From the human T2T-CHM13v2.0 reference genome, Homo sapiens: a stretch of 64,000 bases of DNA. Where the stretch lies: the NCBI RefSeq assembly GCF_009914755.1, contig NC_060928.1; one strand, written 5' to 3'. The translations under genes were made by a program, and so were the position numbers. The notes beneath the pieces were generated by a model. It made no database searches and was not told where the DNA came from. It worked only from the letters and a program-made list of their open reading frames with translations. Below, piece by piece: positions 35,851-50,382 of the stretch; positions within the stretch are counted from its first letter, which is position 1; every line of letters begins with the position of its first letter.

Positions 35851-36696
35851 GAACAAATACAATATGTGTGCATTTTTATAAAGATATATATTAATAAATT
35901 TTAATATATAAAAATCTACTTATAATTTTGCTCATTTGCTGTGTTTTTATTTAAAAACACAGTTACACCAACAAATACGGGACATAATTACTGAAAAAAG
36001 ATATCTGAAATACAAGTAACTGAAAAATAGTATCACATGGAAAAATTCCACACATTAATAAGAAAAGGTCCAACAGTACAACAACCAAAAGGCTTTAGAT
36101 TTGAAGCACTAAATATCATCTTATTTATTTGATTGTCTTATTTCCATTTTTTTTTTGTGAAATTACCATGGAGAGATTTTATGACCTATATTCTACATTT
36201 TAAAACTTTTACATAATTTTCTTTTTTGTTGTTTCTTGGTTTTTATCATTTTGAACATAAATTTGTTTAGGCCTGGATATTTCATTTATTCAGCCCTTGA
36301 TTTTCTTTTATTTCAGAAACAATGTTCCAATTTCACAAAACCTCTTTTGTTCTTTTTGATTGCTCCTCAGAGTCACCTCTTCTATTTAATGGAATCAACA
36401 AATTACATATTTAGTAAACCTTAAATTTTCCTTAGGACAAATCAACTTTCCTCATAGTCATCTGAGTCACTAATATAGTTGGTTTTCCATAGTTTAGTTT
36501 CTGCTAATAGGAATATCCTTAATATATTTTTTCTCTACTGAATATCCTACTCACATTTTCAATTCTCAGTTTTATAACTACATTAATAGTGCTTATGTTC
36601 TCCAAAATACTCTACCTAAATTTATATGAATTGTTGAAACCACACTTCTTCCTGAAAAAGTAGCTTCTATAATATCACTGTACTTAAATAATATAG

Positions 36697-36787
36697 TTTT
36701 CCAAACTATATTATTTTTCCAAACTATATATTTTTCCAAACTATATATTATTTTTCCAAACTATATATTTTCCAAACTATATTATTA
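36697..36787. repeat. Minisatellite, 5 copies of a ~17-21 bp unit TTTTCCAAACTATAT(ATTA)
   Basis: TTTTCCAAACTATAT occurs five times in tandem with variable AT spacers. Confidence 0.92.
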
Positions 36788-37580
36788 TTCTATGTTTTCC
36801 ATAGAATAACATTTCCTAAATATTTTAGATTTCATTACATATCTTTTCTCTCATTTGTTGAAGTAAACCATATCACAATCCAGAGGGCATATGAGACAAT
36901 TTTTGATAAATAAAATATTGTTTTTCCCTCTGTAAAATCCATCCTTTTACTTTTGTTATAATACTTACCTACTTAAAACCATTCCATGATAAGTGTTATT
37001 ACCTAAAAAATTAGCAAAAGCAAGATTAACATTAGTTTTTCATTTATGAAACAATTATTCATTGACCACATACTATGTTCAAAGTACTATGGCCAACACT
37101 GGGTATAAACGAATGAATAAAAGAGAATATATCCAGTTCTTTGATGTATGCACTGTAATTGGAATGCAAACATCAAACAAGAACATAAACAAATGCATAC
37201 AACTAATTTCTAAGTAAAGATATTAAAAAATAAAAGAAACTAACAAAAAAAATTCTCTAATTCTCACCCACAATATCACCCACTACTTTTTCATAATGCA
37301 GTTAATATTTTGAAAAAATCTGACCATATTAATTAGCTCACAATTGTGTTTTTGATCATTACTGAAGAACTCCTGAGAATCTTTTTTTTTAAGTTGATAA
37401 CATATCTTTGGGTGTTCAAAAATATGTCAAAGTACTTGATTTTAAAGGATAAACATGATTTATGTATGTGACACAGTACAATATAAAGTTATCCAATAAA
37501 AAGAGCTACTGTAATCAATTATATTAGAAACTAACTTTAAATATAAATATATAGAGAGGTTAAAAGTGAAAAAAAAAATT

Positions 37581-37881
<301 letters not shown>

Positions 37882-37917
37882 AAAGGTAAAAAAAATTAAA
37901 AGTTTTAGCTATGTATA

Positions 37918-38241
37918 TGTATCAGTCCATTTTCACACTGCTTGACTTACCTGAGACTGGGAAGAAAAAGTAGTTTAATGGACTAACAGTTCCCTGTGGC
38001 TGGGGAGGCCTCATGATTATGGTGGAAGGCAAGGAGGAGCAAGTCATGTCTTACATGGATGGCAGCAGGCAAACAGAGAGAGCTTATGCAGAGAGACTCC
38101 TGTTTTTAAAACCATCAGATCTCATGAGACTTATTCACTATCACGAGAACAGCATGATGAAATTACCTCCCACTAGGTCCCTCCCACAACACGTGGGAAT
38201 TCAAGATGAGATTTTGGTGGGGACACAGCCAAACCATATCA
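37918..38241 (-). mobile_element. THE1 (THE1B/C-like) solo LTR, slightly short
   Basis: TGTATCAGTCCATTTTCACACTGC...GGGACACAGCCAAACCATATCA; perfect TSD GTATA at 37913-37917 and 38242-38246. Confidence 0.92.
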
Positions 38242-38249
38242 GTATAAAA

Positions 38250-40245
38250 ACATACATTAAAACATACAGCTAAGCATAAGGTAATTGAAGTGATTATTTT
38301 AATATCAGAAAAGTAGATTTCAGGAATATTACAAGGATAAAGAACACATTTCATAACACGAAGAGGAAAATCTACCAAAACTATATAATATTTGAAATGT
38401 CTACAAAATCTTTAACAGAATATCAAAATACATAAAGTAAAAAGTAACAGAATGAAAACAAGAAATAGACAAATCCACAATTACAGTTGGAAATTTAAAA
38501 TCACCTATCTTAATAACTCCTAGAATAAATAGAAAATTAACATGAATGTGGAAGCTTTAACAATATTATTAACCAAATCAAATTCTCTAAGCCATCACTT
38601 TAAGAGAATAATGCAAATCTAATGTAGAAAGAATGTATGTAGAAACAATGAAAAATGTCAAAAGAGTGAAATACTCTATATAAGAGCAGACGTCAATGAC
38701 ATTGAAAATAGATAATAGAGAAAATCAATAAAATCAAACAATTTGTTTAAGATCAAAATAATTGAGTAACTCCCTGGCTAGACTGATATTTAAGAAAAAT
38801 AAACACAAACTCACAAACTTACCTTTGAAAATTAAACAGGAGACATCAGCACTGACCCTACATGAATTAAAACATTCATAAGGTCAAATTATGTACAATT
38901 TTATATGAAATAACACAACTTAGATAAAATGAACACATTATTTGAAAGCTGTTGTGGTAGGCAGAATGGTTTTCCAAATTTATCTATGCCCTAATCTCTA
39001 ATATCTGTAAATATTTTATGTTGCTAACTGGACTTTGCAGATGTAAGTAGTAATAGTACACATACATCATAAGGGAGAGTGTCCAGATCATTGTGCTTCA
39101 ATCTAACCACGCGAGCCCTTAAAAGCAGAGTATATTCTCATTCTGGGGTTAGGGAAAGATGGCACAAGAGGAGCTCTGAGAGACTGGAAGCATGAGAGGG
39201 ACTCAGCCTTCCATTGTTGTTGATGGTAGAGGGATGCCATGTGAAAAGCATGAGAAGGAATGTAACAACCTCTAAGAGCTATGCTGTCAGTCAACAGTCA
39301 ACTGACAGCAAGGAAACAGGGAATTGAACTTTACAATGGCAAGGAGCTGAATTTGGCCCACAACTGATTGAACTTGAAGTATATTCATCCTCAGAGACTC
39401 CAAAAAGAAAACCTTAATTTTGGCCTTGTGGGATATTAAGCAAATGGACCCAACTGAACCATGCTGAACCAGAACTTGGGACATACTGAACTGTGAGATT
39501 AAAATGTATTGCTTGGTGCCACTAAATTTATGGCACTTGGTTAAAACAGTAATATAAAACAAACAGCCACAAATGTCAAAAGTGACTCAAGAATAGATAA
39601 TTTGAGAAGAACTACCTTGACTAAATAAATTTAATTCACAGTATAAAACCTTTTCACAATCAAAATGCCATCTTGAGATAGCAATACTGGTAGATTTTTC
39701 TTAAACTTTTAAGATGAAATAATAATGTCAATGTGAAGCTTTTTAAGAAAGGAAGAGGGATACCATAATCATTTTATGAGACCATTATTACCCTGTACTA
39801 AACTAAACCAGAATGAAATTGATTATAGTTTTAAAATTCATTATATAATATCTTGCCTGATCATTGATGTGAACATCTTTAACAAAACATTAACATATTG
39901 ATTCAAATGATACCTAAAAGTGTAATCATTATCAAAATTTTTTACTTAGAAATACAAGACTAATATTAACATCTAACAATAAACCAATGCATTTTATGAT
40001 ATTAAAAGAATAAAGAACAAAACCTTTATTATCTTTTCAATAGACTCTAAAGTCATTTAATAAAATTCAGCACCTAATAAAATTCATATATTCATGAGTT
40101 TAAAAATCAGTGTACTAGAAAAAGAAAAGAACTTTCACAACTTGATATAAACTGTAAACTAAAAACCTATAGCTAATATTGTACCTAAGATCAGAAAAAG
40201 GACAACAGTTGTCCACTCTTGCTATTTCTATTCGACATTGTACCA
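38250..40245 (+). mobile_element. Old L1M ORF2 remnant (host of the MLT1 and L1PA insertions)
   Basis: Degenerate ORF2 sequence (ATAGACAAATCCACAATTACAGTTGGA; CATTTAATAAAATTCAGCAC). Continues at 47222. Confidence 0.7.
38953..39565 (+). mobile_element. MLT1E-like solo LTR
   Basis: TGTGGTAGGCAGAATGG start; MaLR end GCCACTAAATTTATGGCACTTGGTTAAAACAGTAATATAAAACAAACA. Confidence 0.8.
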
Positions 40246-40248
40246 GAT

Positions 40249-43200
40249 ATTTTTTATTTTAACTTTTATTTTAGGTTTCAGGGTACATGTGGATGTTTGT
40301 TACATAGGTAAGCTAGTGTCAAGGGGGTTTGCTGTGCAGATTATTTCAGGTATTAAGCCCAGTACCCAGTAGTTATCTTTTCTGCTCCTCTCCCTCCTCC
40401 CATGCTCCACCCTCAAGAACACCCCAGTGTGTGTTGTTTCTTTCATTGTGTTCGTAAGTTCTCATCATTTGCCTCCCACTTGTAAGTGAGAACATGTGGT
40501 ATTTGGTTTTCTGTTCCTGCATTGGTTTGCTAAGGATAATACCGTCTAGCTCCCTCCATGTTCCCTCCAAGTTCCTACATGAACTTGTTCTTTTTATGGC
40601 TGCATAGTATCCCATAGTGTATATGTACCATATTTTCTCTATGCAGTCTGTCATTGATGGGCATTTAGGTTGACTCCAAGTCTTTGCTATTGTGAACAGT
40701 CCTGCAATGAGCATCTGTGTACATGTGTCTTTATTATAGAATGATTTACATTCCTCTGAGTACATACCCAATAATGGAATTGCTCTGTCTGGTGGTAGTT
40801 CTGCTTTTAGTTCTTTGAGGAATCACCATACTGCTTTCCACAGTAGTTGAACTAATTTAGACTCCCACTGATAGTGTATTAGTATTCCCCTTTCTCTACA
40901 ACTTCACCAGCATCTGTTATTTTTTGACTTTTTCATTATAGCCATTCTGACTAGTGTGAGATGGCATCTCATTGTGGTTTTGATTTGCATTTCTCTAATG
41001 ATCAGTAATATTGAGACTTTTATCATATGTTTGTTTACTGCACATATTTCTTCTTTTGAAAAGTCTGTTCATGTCCTTTGTTCACTTCTTAATGGGATTG
41101 TCTATTTTTCTCTTATAAATTTAAGTTCCTTACAGATGCCATATAGACCTTTGTTGGGTGCATAGTTTGTAAAAATTTTCTCCCATTCTCTAAGTTGTCT
41201 GTTTACTTTGTTGATAGTTTCTTTTTCTGTGGAGAAGCTCCTAATTTTAATTAGATTCCACTTGTCAATTTTGCTTTTATTGCAATTGCTTCTGTTGTCT
41301 TTGTCATGAAATTTTTGCCCATTTCTATGTGCAGAATTGTATTGTGTAGGTTGTCTTCCAAAGTTTTTCTAGTTTGGGGTTTTACATTTCACTCTTTAAT
41401 CCGTCTCGAATCGATTTTTGTATAGGGTGTAAGAAGGGGTCCAGCTTCAGTCTTCTGCAAATGGCTAGCCAGTTATCCCAGCACCATTTGTTGAACAGCG
41501 AGTCTTTTCCCCATTGCTTGTTTCTGTCAGCTTTGTTGAAGAATAGATAGTTGTAGGTGTTTGGCCCTATTTCTGTGTTCTCTATTCTATTCCTTTGGTT
41601 TATGTGCCTGTTTTTATACCAGTGTCATGCTGTTTTGGTTACTGTTGCCCTGTAGTATATTTTGAAGCCAGGTAATGTGATGTCTCCAGCTTTGATCTTT
41701 TTGCTTAGGATTACCTTGACTATTTGTACTCTTTATTCATTCCATGTGAATTTTCAAAAAGTTTTTTTTCTATTTCAATGAATATTGTTATAGGTAGTTT
41801 GATAGAAATAGCATCAAATCTGTATATTGCTTTGGGCAGTATGGCCATTTTAATGGTATTGATTCTTTCTATCCATGAGCATAGGATGTTTTCCATTTGT
41901 TTTTGTCATCTCTGATTTCTTTGAACTATGTTTAGAATTCTCATTGTAGAGATCTTTCACCTCCCTAGTTCTCTGTATTCCTAAGTATGTTATTCTTTTG
42001 TGTCAATTGTGAATGGGATTGCCTTTCTGATTTGGCTCTTGGTTTGGACTTTGTTAGTGTGTAGGAATGCTAGTGATTTTTGTACATTGATTTTGTATCC
42101 TGAAATTTTGCTGAAGTTCTTCGTCAACTGAAGGAGCTTTGGGGCTGAGACCATGGGGTTTTCTAGATAAAGAATCACATTGTCTGAAAATAGAGATAGT
42201 TTGACTTCCTCTCTTCCTATTTGGATGCCCATTATTTCTTTCTCTCTTGCCTAATTGCTCTGGCTAGGACTTCCACTACCATGTTGAATAGGAGTGATGA
42301 GAGAAGGCATCCTCGTCTATTTCTGGTTTTCAAGGGGAATGCTTCTTTGTACATCTAGTAGAATTTGGTCATTAATTCATCAGATTCTGGGCTTTTTCTT
42401 GATAGGTAGGCTATTTATTACTGATTCAATTTCAGAGCTCATTATTGTTCTCTTCAGGAAATCAGTTTCTTCCTGGTTCAGTCTTGGGAGAATGTATGTG
42501 TCCAGGTATTTGTCCATCTCTTCTAGCTTTCCCAGTTTGTGCACATAGAGGTGTTTGTAATTGTTTCTGATAATTATTTTTAACTCTGGGGGGTCAGTGA
42601 TAATATTCCCTTTATTATTTTTGGTTGTCTTTATTTAGATCTTCTCTTTTTTCTTCTTTATTATTGTAGCTAGTGGCCTATCTTATTACTTAAAAAAAAA
42701 AAAAAACTCTTGGATTCAATGTTAATTTCAATGGTTTTCATGTCTTGATGTCCTTCAGTTAAACTCTGATTTTGGTGGTTTCTTCTCTTCTGCTAGATTT
42801 GGTGTTGATTTGTTTTTGCTTCTCTAATTCTTTCAGTTTTGACGTTGAGTTGATAATTTGAGATCTTTCTAACTTTTTGATGTGGGCATTTAGTGCCATT
42901 AATTTTCCTTTTAACACTGCCTTATCTATGTCCCAGAGATTCTGGTATGCTATCTCTTTGTTCTCATTAGTTTCAAAGAACTTTTTGATTTCTGCCTTAA
43001 TTTCATTATTTACCCCAAAGTCATTTAGGAGCATGTTGTTTAATTTCCATGTAATTGCACAGTTTTGAGTGATTTTCTTAGTCTTGATTTCTATTTTTGG
43101 TTTGTGAGTGTGTTTGGTATATTTCAGTTCTTTTGCCTTTGCTGAGGATTGTTTTATGTCTAATTATGTGGTCAGTTTTAGAATATATGTCATGTGGCAA

Positions 43201-46200
43201 TAAGAAGAATGTATATCCTGTTGTTTTGAGCTGGAGAGTTCTGTAGAGGTCTATCAGATCCACTTGGTCCAATATGGAGTTCAGGTCCTGAATATCTTTG
43301 TTAATATTTTGCCTCGATAATCTGTCTAAAACTGTCAATGGAGTGTTGAAGCCTCCCATTATTACTGTGTAAGAGCCTATGTCTGTTCGTAGATCTCTAA
43401 GAACCTGCTTTAAAAATTTATAAATTTGGGTGCTCCTGTGTTGAATGCATACATATTTAGAACATCTAGGTCTTCTTATTGAATTGAACCCTTTATTATT
43501 ATGTAATGTCTTTCTTTGTCTCTTTTGATCTTTGCTGGATTGAAGTCTGTTTTGTCTGAAATTAAGATTGCAACCCCTGGATTTTCTGTTTTCCATTTTC
43601 TTGGTAGATTTTCCTTCATCCCTTTATTTTGAGCCTATGTGTGCCATTACATATGAGATGGGTGTCAACTTTCCACTCTGTGCCTTTTAAGTTGGGGATT
43701 TAGCCTGTTTACATTCAAGGTGAGTATTGATATGTGTGGATTTGATTATTTCATTGTGTTGTTAGCTAGTTATTATGTTGGCTTGTGTTTCTTCTTTATA
43801 GTGACACTGGCCTGTGTGTTTAAGTGTGGTTTTGTGTTAACTGACAGTGGTCTTTCCTTTCTATATTTAGAGCTCTTTTCAAGATCTCTTGTAAGGCAGG
43901 TCTGGTAGTAATAAACTCCCTTAATATCTGCTTATATGAAAAGGATCTTAATTCTCCTTTGCTTGATAAGCTTAATTTGGCCAGACATAAAATTCTTTAA
44001 GAATGTTGAATATAGGCTAACAATCCCTTCTAGCTTGTTGGGTTTCAGCAGAGAGGTTCACTCTTAGCTTGATGGGGTTCCCTTTGTAGGTGACCTGTGC
44101 CTTTTCTCTCTAGCTGCCTTTTACATTCTCTCTTTCATTTTGGTCTTGGAAAATCTGATGATAATGTTTCTTTGGGATTATATTGTTGTGTAGATTCTTG
44201 CAGGAGTTCTCTGTATCCTGTAAATTTGACTATTGGCCTCTCTAGCAAGGTTGAGGAAGTTTTCATGGACAATATCCTAAAATATGCTTTCCAGGTTTTG
44301 GTCTTCTCCCCTCTCCCTTTCAGGGATGCCAGTGGTTCATAGATTTGATCTCTTTACCTAATCCCATACTTCTCTGAAGTTTTGTTCATTCCTTTTTTTA
44401 AAATTTTTGTCTGTCTTATTTGAGAAAACCAGTCTTCAAGTTCTGAGATTCTTTCCTCAGCTTGATTTATTCTTCTGTTAATACTTATGATTGCATTGTG
44501 AAATTCTTGTATTGTGTTCTTCAGCTCTTTGAGACTCTTTAGATTATTTTTTTATACCAGCTATTTGTTCCCTCATTTTCTATATTGCTTTATTGTGGTT
44601 CTTAGTCTCCTTGGATTGGGCTTTGCTGTTCTCCTGAATCTTGATGATCTTTGTTCATATCCATATTCTGAATTCTATTTCTATCATTTCAGCCTGGTTA
44701 GGAACTCTTGTTGGAGGACTAGTGCAGTCATTTGGAGGACATATGACACTCTGGTCATTTGAGTTACTAGAGTTCTTGCTTTGGTTCTTTCTCATCTCTG
44801 CATGTGGATATTCCTTTATCTGCAGTGTGGATTGAGTATAGTCAATAGACTTCTTTGCTGGATGTTTTCACTGGGCTGAGGCTTTGTGCAGGGCCTTTAT
44901 TGGAAGCTAGCTTCTTGTCTCTGGTTTTAGAGTGGGGTATGGTAGTGAGGTATATTTGGTGTTGAGACTTTGGGCTATAATCCAGTAGGTGGCACTTAGG
45001 CTCATTGGTGAGTTGGTAGACTTTCTCTGTTTTGTAGCTCCCCTATGTTTCCTTACAGTTACAGCCATGATGCTTCTCAATGATCTGAAATTGTGAGTTC
45101 CTCTCCCTTTTAAGTGCTGTCTGTAGATGGCAGCTTGGGGCTCCTAGGCTACCTACTGCAGTTATGCGGTGATCTCATTGTTTATGTCCCTTCCCCAGCT
45201 TGGAGGCAGTAGAGGAAGGGATTGTATCAGAGGTTGTGGCCAAGGGTGTTTGCTTGTCTCCTGGGGAATCCAACCCAGAGAGATGCAGGTTAGCAAACTC
45301 TCAGTGCAATCAGCCCAGGAGAGAGGGTCTGTCCTGTGGGCCCAAGACAGGGTTTCCCCTAGGGTAGGTAAGACATGTAAGAGACAGACTGACCTCCTTT
45401 CCTTGGATCAACTGCAGTTTGTTGGAGGTGTGGATAAGGCACTTAAGTTCTTTTCCCCTTCATTAGTCTTAAGGTAGCAAGGGCAGTTCCACTGCAGAGG
45501 CAGTGACAGAGAGGCTCTCAGTTGCACCTAGATGCTCTGTCTAGAGTATTGCTACTGGCTTGATAGCTATGGTTGGCTGGAGGCACAGGCCTGGAGGACC
45601 TGTTTGTTGAGGAGATATGAGAATGAGCACCTGCATAACTGTCTGACCAGTTTTTTTGTAGGCCTGCTGCTACATGCTGGGGACCCGCTCCAGTCTCTAG
45701 TCACTTTGGATTTTCCAGCACCTGGAGGTATCATCAGTAAAGGCTGTGGAACAGCAAAAATGGCAACCCGCTCTGGGAGCTCCATCCCAGGCAGTACAGA
45801 TCTGTTGCTGGCCCTAACACACCTGTAAGTGGTGACTGGAGACCCCAGTTGGGAAATCTCACTCAGACAAAAAATAGGATCAGGGTCTTGCTTAAAAAAG
45901 CAGGCTGGCCATATTTTCATACAGTAGTTGTACTGTTCTGGGAATCCAGTTCACCTCAGACAGTCCAAAGCCTGAAGCCTGGAACAGCTAAGTCACCAAA
46001 CAGTAAAGATGGTGGTCCACTCCTCCCTCTGGGAACTCTATCTCAGGGAGCTTTGAAACCTCTGTCAGCTGAAGAAAACCAGCAGGGGTAGCTGGGGACC
46101 CCAGTTGGGATACTCCACCCAGTGATGAGAAATGGGATCAGGCACCTGCTTAAAAAAATGGTTTGGCCATAATTTTCTAACTCATCTGTGCTGTGTTGGA

Positions 46201-47213
46201 GGTCCACATTAGCCCTTGGTTGCCTTAGACTCTCCAAATTCTGAAGGCCGGAATAGCAAAGTCACCAAAACAGCAAAGATGGTGGCTTGCCTTTCTATCT
46301 GGGAGCTCCATCTCAGGGAAGTTTTAAATCTCTGTCAGCCAGAAAGCACTGGTGGGGATGGCTGGAGACCCCAGTTAGGAGGTCCTGCCCAGTGAGGAGG
46401 AATGGAACTGGGGACCTGCTTTAAAAAATAGTCTGGCCATATTTTCACAGTGCAGCTATACTGTGCTGGGGGACCACCCCCACCCTCGGTCACCTCAGAC
46501 TTTCCAAAACCTGAAGGCCTAAATGGCTAAGTTGCCCAAACAGCAAAGGAGGAAACCCACCCCTACACTTAGGATAGGAGCTCCGTCTCAGGGAGGTGCC
46601 ACACTGCTACTGGTGGCAGGCTGGAAATCCAAGCCAGTGAATGTTATCCTGTAAGGTGGCATGGAAGTGGGGCCTGCAGACTGTCACTGCTTAGTCGACT
46701 AGATTCAATCCCTTTCCTAGGAGTATATTTGGGGGTCTAACTACCTGCTTTGCCAGAGTTGCAGCTACTTTTGCAGAGAAGCCCAGAAAGCCTGGGTATC
46801 TAAGGCTCCCTGGTCCCCATGTGTGGCTGGAGAAGCTGCTCTGCTGAGACTCCATGTAGTTCTGTGTTAGACTGAAGGCCATGGTGGAATGACTTTACAA
46901 GGGCATTTCCTGACCCGAAGGTTGTAAAGATCCATGGGAGCAGCATGGGTTCCCGGGGTCACACATTTACTCACGGCTTCCCTGAGGGAGGAGAGGGCTT
47001 GGGAGGTTCTCTTGGCTTTGTGTTACCCCTAGGTGGGCCATTGTTCTGCCTTGCTTTCCTCAGTTCTCTGTGGGTTGAGTTGTTTCCTTGATTAGTCCCA
47101 GTGTGAGTACCCAGATGTTTCAGTTGAAGGTACTCTATTTATTCACCCTTTCTGTTCCTGTCTTTGAGAGCCACACACACTAGCTGCTTCTAGTCAGTCA
47201 TCTTGGCCACCTC
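40249..47213 (-). mobile_element. Near full-length (~7 kb) old primate L1 (L1PA13-L1PA16/L1PREC2-type) with internal deletions
   Basis: Minus-strand 5' end GGCCAAGATGACTGACTAGAAGCAGCTAG. ORF2 remnants 43078-43596, 42759-43034, 41990-42232 ([15 protein letters not shown]), 40373-40771. T-rich tail at ~40250. Confidence 0.93.
45750..46600. repeat. ~270-bp diverged tandem units (about 3) in the L1 5'UTR
   Basis: AAGT(CA/TG)CC(C/A)AAACAG(T/C)AAAG recurs at ~45990, 46260 and 46530. GACCCCAGTT recurs at ~45841, 46097 and 46367. Confidence 0.85.
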
Positions 47214-47960
47214 TCTTGAGATTCTTAGCTAGTGCAACAAGTTACGAAAATAACTAAAAGACATGCAAATTTAAGAAAAAAGAAGTAACACTTAACTTGG
47301 GAGACAATGTGATCCTGTGTATAGAAATTTTAATAAATTTACAAAAAAATCTACTTGGATTAATAAATTTAGAAATGTTGGAGGATAAAAATCCATACAC
47401 TGATGTCAATTGTGTTTATTTATACTAGCAACCAACTATTAGAAAATTAAATTAAAGGAACAATACCTCTTATAATAGTACCAATACTTAGGATTGAATA
47501 CTTAGCAATAAGTGTAACAAAGGATAATCAAGATGTATATAAACTATCGAAGAAAATTTTTTAAAATACCTAAATAACTTAGAGATATATGCTGTTCTTG
47601 GACTAGAAAACTCAATATTATTAATATGTTTATTTATTTATTTTTTACACTGTACTTAGATTCAATGTAATCCCAAATAAAAGTGTTATAAGCTTTTTCT
47701 CCAAACGAAATTGACAACCTGGTTCTGACATTTATATGAATATGTAGAAGTACTAAAATACACAATACAATTTTCTTTATCTAGACCACAAGATTTTCAA
47801 CCATAATTAATTAGTGCAATTGGAAGTCATCAAAATAAAGAACATCTACTCTTTGAAAGTATCTGCTAACAAAAAAAGCCACAGATCAAAAACATTTTTG
47901 CAATACACATATCTTCTGGAAGAATTGTATATAGAATGTATAAAGAACCCTCACCCTCAC

Positions 47961-48281
<321 letters not shown>

Positions 48282-48419
48282 TCATAAGACAAAATAAGAA
48301 GACAAATCCCATAACAGAAAATAGACAAATGATTTATACAGACACCTGAATAAAGAAGATATATGAGTGACCAACAAAGACATAACAATATTAGTGAACA
48401 TCAGAGAAATGCAAAACCA

Positions 48420-48586
48420 GAAAGGATCAAAGCTCTGCCAGCATCTTTATCTTAGCCTAGTAAAAAAAAAAAAAAAAAAAAAAATTCAGATTTCTGATTC
48501 ATAGAATCATAAGATAATACATTTTTGTTGTTTTAAGCCATTAAGTCTGTGTTAATTAGTTACAGCTGTACTTTAAAACAAATACA
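48420..48586 (+). mobile_element. MLT1 3' fragment containing an expanded poly(A) run
   Basis: TTGTTGTTTTAAGCCATTAAGTCTGTGTTAATTAGTTACAGC...AAACAAATACA. Confidence 0.7.
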
Positions 48587-49844
48587 AATACCATCCCCCT
48601 AAAATAACTAAGCATGAAAGATTGACAATAGAAAGTGTTGACAAAGAGTTGAAGCTATTGGAGCTCTCATCGTTAATTGGAGTATAAAATGGTACCACAA
48701 CTTTAGAAATTAGTTTGGCAATTCTTACAATGTTGAATATATGCTTACCTTATGAACCAGCAATTCCACATCTTGATACTTACTCCAAAGAAATGAAAAT
48801 ATATCCCCACACAATAATTTATAGATGGATGTTTATAGCAGTTTTATTTATAATAAGCCCAAGTTGAAAGTCACCTGTGTCGATTAAGAAGTGAATTGAT
48901 AAAGAAAAATTGTGATATATAAATAATTATCTATCTGTCTATATAAAACTCCCTAATTTTATTGATGCACACAAAAAAATATAGAAAAATCTCAAAAATA
49001 TGCTGAGGAGAAGAACCTAGCCACAGAAGAATAGATTCTATATAGCTGTATACCTATAATGTGTAGGGACATGAAATCTATTTTTTAGTGATAGAAAGCA
49101 GATCATTAGTTGCCTGAAACTGGGGTATAGAATAGTGACTGAGTGGAAAGACATAATGGAAATACACTCTATCCTAAAATTACTTAGACTTACACAGGTA
49201 TATATATTGTACCTTTAAAAGGTGGGCATTTTGCTCTGTGTAAATTGTTGTTTGATAACAAAACACTTCTAGTAATTCTGGCTAACCATACTTTGTTAAA
49301 TCTGACAGTGTAACAATATTTATTTCATAACGTTATGTGTATTATTAATAATAATTTGCTGTTTTGAAATTTTTTAACCTTAAAATTTGAGACATTTCTT
49401 ATGAATTAAGTGTTAATCCCCATAAATTGTTTGATTGTCTCATAAACTTTTATACTAAAAAGTAAATGAAAATAATAAAATAGATGTCTGAACTCACGCA
49501 AGTTCCTGTAGAATAATTATAATCAAATTGCAAATGTGTTTCTTTCTTCTGGCAGACAGATTGATTATAGTATAAAAAATCTAAGATTTTATTGATGGAA
49601 GCTTAAATAACTCACATTTTTATTTAACATTACAACATTTTTATCTATCATTATGTTTATCTCAATCCTTATCCAAACAAAACACACTTAGTACCTGAAG
49701 ATAAAGCGTGTTCAATGCCCTTTCTCACTGGGAAAATAAAATCCTTTTGGGCGCTAGTCAAAGGCCTCAGGTTTCTCTGTTACTTTTCCTACTGCTTTAT
49801 GCTTTGAGTGATCCACAGAAACTGGTAGAAGAAACCTACTTTTT

Positions 49845-49915
49845 AATTTTTTAATTTTTAACTTTTGTGGGTACATAGTAGGTTTATATATATATATAGG
49901 GTACATGAGATGTTT
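49845..49915 (-). mobile_element. ~70-bp L1MA 3'-terminal stub with long TSD
   Basis: TTTTGTGGGTACATAGTAGG...GGGTACATGAGATGTTT, flanked by TAGAAGAAA(G)CCTACTTTTT at 49826 and 49916. Confidence 0.85.
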
Positions 49916-50029
49916 TAGAAGAAAGCCTACTTTTTAAATAGAAAACTGGCTGAAGTAAAAGCAGATGTTCACATGACACTGTGCCACATCCTACTGAAAT
50001 GAAGTTACTAACAAATATTAAATGGGTAA

Positions 50030-50382
<353 letters not shown>

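Noticed and set aside
36697-36787. CRISPR-like repeat array
   Set aside because: No unique spacers and a eukaryotic context; it is a minisatellite.
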